DNA of 64,000 nucleotides from Escherichia coli (GTDB lineage Bacteria; Pseudomonadota; Gammaproteobacteria; Enterobacterales; Enterobacteriaceae): NCBI RefSeq assembly GCF_003991155.1, contig NZ_CP031293.1; one strand, 5' to 3'. Shown piece by piece: positions 61,208 to 64,000 of this stretch (position 1 is its first letter; each line of letters starts with the position of its first letter). The notes under the pieces were generated by a model. It saw only the letters and a program-made list of their open reading frames with translations, ran no database searches and was not told where the DNA came from. The position numbers and the translations under genes were made by a program.

Positions 61208-64000
61208 TCAGTACAGCGTGTCCGACAGCCTGAACTGGCTGAAAAGCCCGCCACTGAATGGATTGTCCTCGGTGTCAGCGTGTATCCTGTAGACCATCGC
61301 GCCACCGTCCACGTTAAACCGCACGCTGAATGTCCCTGCCTCAACGCTGGTTAACTGCCCTGCCCCGAACAGGCGGAACTGCGCCCACGGCCCGGTGAAA
61401 CGGATGCTGCGCGGCGCTCCGCCGCTGACACCTATCAGCGTCAGTTTGCTTTCATTGCCTTCCCGCATATTGTTCGGCCACACCAGGTGGGCGGTATAGT
61501 TGCGGCCCTGGCTGTAATCGACTAACTGACCGTCGAGGTTCAGTACACTGCGCCGTTTGTTGCCGGAGAGCGATACCGTTTCCACCGCAAACTGCGTTCC
61601 CAGACCGTTTTGTTTACTGAAGAAGATGTCGCGAATCTTCTGCGCAGTATCCAGTTGCCGGATGATGTCCTCACGGATAATCACCCCGTCATCGCCATCA
61701 CGGCTCAGGTCATTTTCAATAAACAGTTTCAGGTTCTGCTGCCAGAATGTGTCCAGTACGCCATCCGGTTTAAAGAAACGCTCAAACGCATCCAGTGAGG
61801 CATCCTGCGCCGAGCGCGGATTAAACGGATAGTTACCGGCAAGCTGTTCATTGAACGGTTTCACCACGTTGTCACGCCAGTCAATTTCCATATAGTGAAC
61901 GGCCTCCACCATCACCACATGCCAGGCCTGGTCGGCCAGCTTGCCCACCCAGCGGTTAAGTGGCGCGGGCAGGGTTTTCGCCATCTGGCGGGTGGCGAAT
62001 ATCGGGTCGCTACTGTTCTGGTCCAGACGTAGCTGGACGGCTTTCAGCGCCGATTTCCCCGGCACCGGCGCGTTCTGGATCGCCAGCAGATAGCGGTGCA
62101 GTTCCGTTAACTGCTGGTACACCGCCTGCATGGTACTTTCTTTGTCCTTCTGCACCGCGAGCGTACTGTTTTCCGGGGCGAATTCATGCCCGAGGCGCGT
62201 CAGCAGGCGGTAGTCCGGCTCCGCCAGCGCGTCCTCCCGTTCTTTATCAGAGAGTTTTTCAGAGAGTACCGCAGGCTGCGTGTTATCACGCAGGGCAGTC
62301 AGCGCCCGCTGAAGTGGCTGGTCACCACTGATAATCTGCTCCAGCGCACCGGTCAGTTGCGCAATGGATTCATAATCCCGGACGTTCAGGTTATCCATCC
62401 CGGCCCGCCAGGTGGCGGTGTAGTCGCTGAGATACTGTTCAGTCAGCTGGCGCTGGATCTCTGTCTGGTCAGCGTCGCTGTATTTCACGCTGCGGGTGAG
62501 GTTGAGTACCCAGGAATCCATCGCCGTCAGTTCAACCAGTTCATCGCGCTGCTTCACAAAGTAGCTTTGCAGGCCGTAACGGGTGAGAAACTGCGGAACA
62601 ACCAGTTTGTTGTCATCGGCAGACGTGAACACCTGCTCAAAGGTCGGCCCCACCTGGTCACGCAGGTTAAGGTCAGCAGGCAGTACGCCCAGTGCCCGCG
62701 TTTTCAGGCTCTGGTAAACCCGCTGGTAGACAGGCAGTTTGCTCAGTTCTTTCTGTGCTGACACAACGGGCTTGTCATACGGCATCCAGCGGCTGATGGC
62801 GTCACCGTCACCCGCCTGACGCTCTGCGTGCCAGTCCGTGTGCGCCAGCGCGTAGTCAAGATGAGACATCAGTTGCGCCTGGATATCGCGCTGGCCGTGG
62901 AACTTTTCGCTCCAGCGTTTTGCCATATACTGCTTTACGACCTCATTATTACGTCCGCTTTTATCCTCCAGCATTCGCATCACGCGCAGCACAGCGAGTT
63001 TTTCCTCGCTCTCCGGCGGCGCGGCGTTCATCTCTTTGACCAGCCCGTTAAACAGGGCAGGCAAATAACGCTGCTCCAGCAGTTGCAGGTAGGTCTGCTC
63101 CACATACGGCCCGACACGCCGCCCCTGGTATAACCCCATATCCGCCAGGCGGCTGCGGTCGCCCCAGTCGCCATAAGCAAGAGTGGCATCACGTACCGGG
63201 TTCAGCAGCGGCAGTTGCAGGTTGCCATAGTCATCCATCCCCTGCGGGGGCGTGATATCCATAAACGCTTTCGCCTGCTTCAGCACCAGGACGCCGGAGG
63301 CATAGTTGTCATTGTAATAATGGTGCCAGCCGGTGATTAACAGCAGCGCCGCCACGCCGCCCGTTGCGGAAAAGGCGGTCAGGCGGCGGCGACTGCTGGT
63401 CAGCCAGGTCCGGCTCTCCGTTGCCAGGTTAGGCTCTGCCAGTAATGCCTGCGGGAACAGGTTGCGGGTGAAATACGGCGTGGTATCCACCAGCGGCCAG
63501 GCCGTCAGCGGACTGCTGCCCAGCCGGTACTGGCGGGCGGCGGACTGGGTAAAGATGTCATCCATCTGGCCGCGTTGCAGTGACGAGGTGAGATAGACGC
63601 CGCGCAGCATGACGTCCATGTTTTCGCCATCCAGCAATCCATCCAGCAGCGCCACCAGGGATTCCCGGCTTCCCTGCATCTGGCGGGCAAAGCTGAACAG
63701 GGAGCCACGCATATGGCTCTGCGCCAGCATCAGATCCGGCAGCGCCTGGTTCATTCGGTCACACCACGACTGCCAGAAGGCATTAAGTTCGCTTCGCCAG
63801 TCCTCGTTTTCATGGGCACGACGGGTGAACGTGACGCCCAGAATGGTGTCACGATCTTTTTTATCCAGTGACTGAAACAGCGTGGCAAAACCATGCAGCA
63901 GATCCAGCCGGGTCAGCACCACATAGACCGGCAACTGGCAGTGAAGCTGCTGGCGTACATCCTGGAGGCGGCTGCGCAGCGTCTGTAGCAGATACTCACG
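61208..64000 (-). CDS. tssM: Type VI secretion membrane protein TssM/IcmF (C-terminal part; N-terminus beyond window end)
   Basis: Open frame of more than 900 codons running to the window edge with TM segment and IcmF-like periplasmic region; followed by tssA and hcp. Confidence 0.75.
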   Translation of the reverse strand, partial: REYLLQTLRSRLQDVRQQLHCQLPVYVVLTRLDLLHGFATLFQSLDKKDRDTILGVTFTRRAHENEDWRSELNAFWQSWCDRMNQALPDLMLAQSHMRGSLFSFARQMQGSRESLVALLDGLLDGENMDVMLRGVYLTSSLQRGQMDDIFTQSAARQYRLGSSPLTAWPLVDTTPYFTRNLFPQALLAEPNLATESRTWLTSSRRRLTAFSATGGVAALLLITGWHHYYNDNYASGVLVLKQAKAFMDITPPQGMDDYGNLQLPLLNPVRDATLAYGDWGDRSRLADMGLYQGRRVGPYVEQTYLQLLEQRYLPALFNGLVKEMNAAPPESEEKLAVLRVMRMLEDKSGRNNEVVKQYMAKRWSEKFHGQRDIQAQLMSHLDYALAHTDWHAERQAGDGDAISRWMPYDKPVVSAQKELSKLPVYQRVYQSLKTRALGVLPADLNLRDQVGPTFEQVFTSADDNKLVVPQFLTRYGLQSYFVKQRDELVELTAMDSWVLNLTRSVKYSDADQTEIQRQLTEQYLSDYTATWRAGMDNLNVRDYESIAQLTGALEQIISGDQPLQRALTALRDNTQPAVLSEKLSDKEREDALAEPDYRLLTRLGHEFAPENSTLAVQKDKESTMQAVYQQLTELHRYLLAIQNAPVPGKSALKAVQLRLDQNSSDPIFATRQMAKTLPAPLNRWVGKLADQAWHVVMVEAVHYMEIDWRDNVVKPFNEQLAGNYPFNPRSAQDASLDAFERFFKPDGVLDTFWQQNLKLFIENDLSRDGDDGVIIREDIIRQLDTAQKIRDIFFSKQNGLGTQFAVETVSLSGNKRRSVLNLDGQLVDYSQGRNYTAHLVWPNNMREGNESKLTLIGVSGGAPRSIRFTGPWAQFRLFGAGQLTSVEAGTFSVRFNVDGGAMVYRIHADTEDNPFSGGLFSQFRLSDTLY

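Noticed and set aside
61557-63133. Several plus-strand ORFs (91 to 191 aa) inside the tssM coding region
   Set aside because: Antisense to a long conserved minus-strand frame; Arg/Pro-rich low-complexity translations

Overview
This window is Escherichia coli-type chromosome. Positions 1-30.3 kb are conserved core: yedK (3' part), the flagellar operons fliE / fliFGHIJK / fliLMNOPQR, rcsA, dsrB, yodD, the sRNA dsrA, yedP, dgcQ(yedQ), yodC, yedI, yedA, vsr-dcm, yedJ, yedR, an intact yedS-type porin, hchA, hprSR, hiuH, msrPQ and zinT. From about 30.9 to 52.9 kb lies a ~22 kb AT-rich mosaic island integrated at tRNA-Ser (serU), bounded by a 14-bp direct repeat of the tRNA 3' end. It carries a tyrosine integrase, a VOC/glyoxalase-like gene, orphan type IV pilin genes (pilS/pilV-like), a MobA-type relaxase, a Thoeris defence system (SIR2-SLOG ThsA plus TIR ThsB), an H-NS paralog with a truncated H-NST-like partner, an AlpA-like regulator and many uncharacterised small genes. 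Several of those unknown gene clusters are the best candidates for an undescribed system, especially the three genes co-oriented upstream of thsA and the two-gene cassette downstream of mobA. After serU come mtfA and tRNA-Asn (asnT), followed by a second island: a P4-like integrase, an addiction-module toxin fragment truncated by an IS3-family element, and type VI secretion genes (hcp, tssA/vasL-like, tssM running off the window end). All calls rest on reading the ORF translations and sequence by eye; no database search was run, and coordinates I derived by hand may be off by a few bases.
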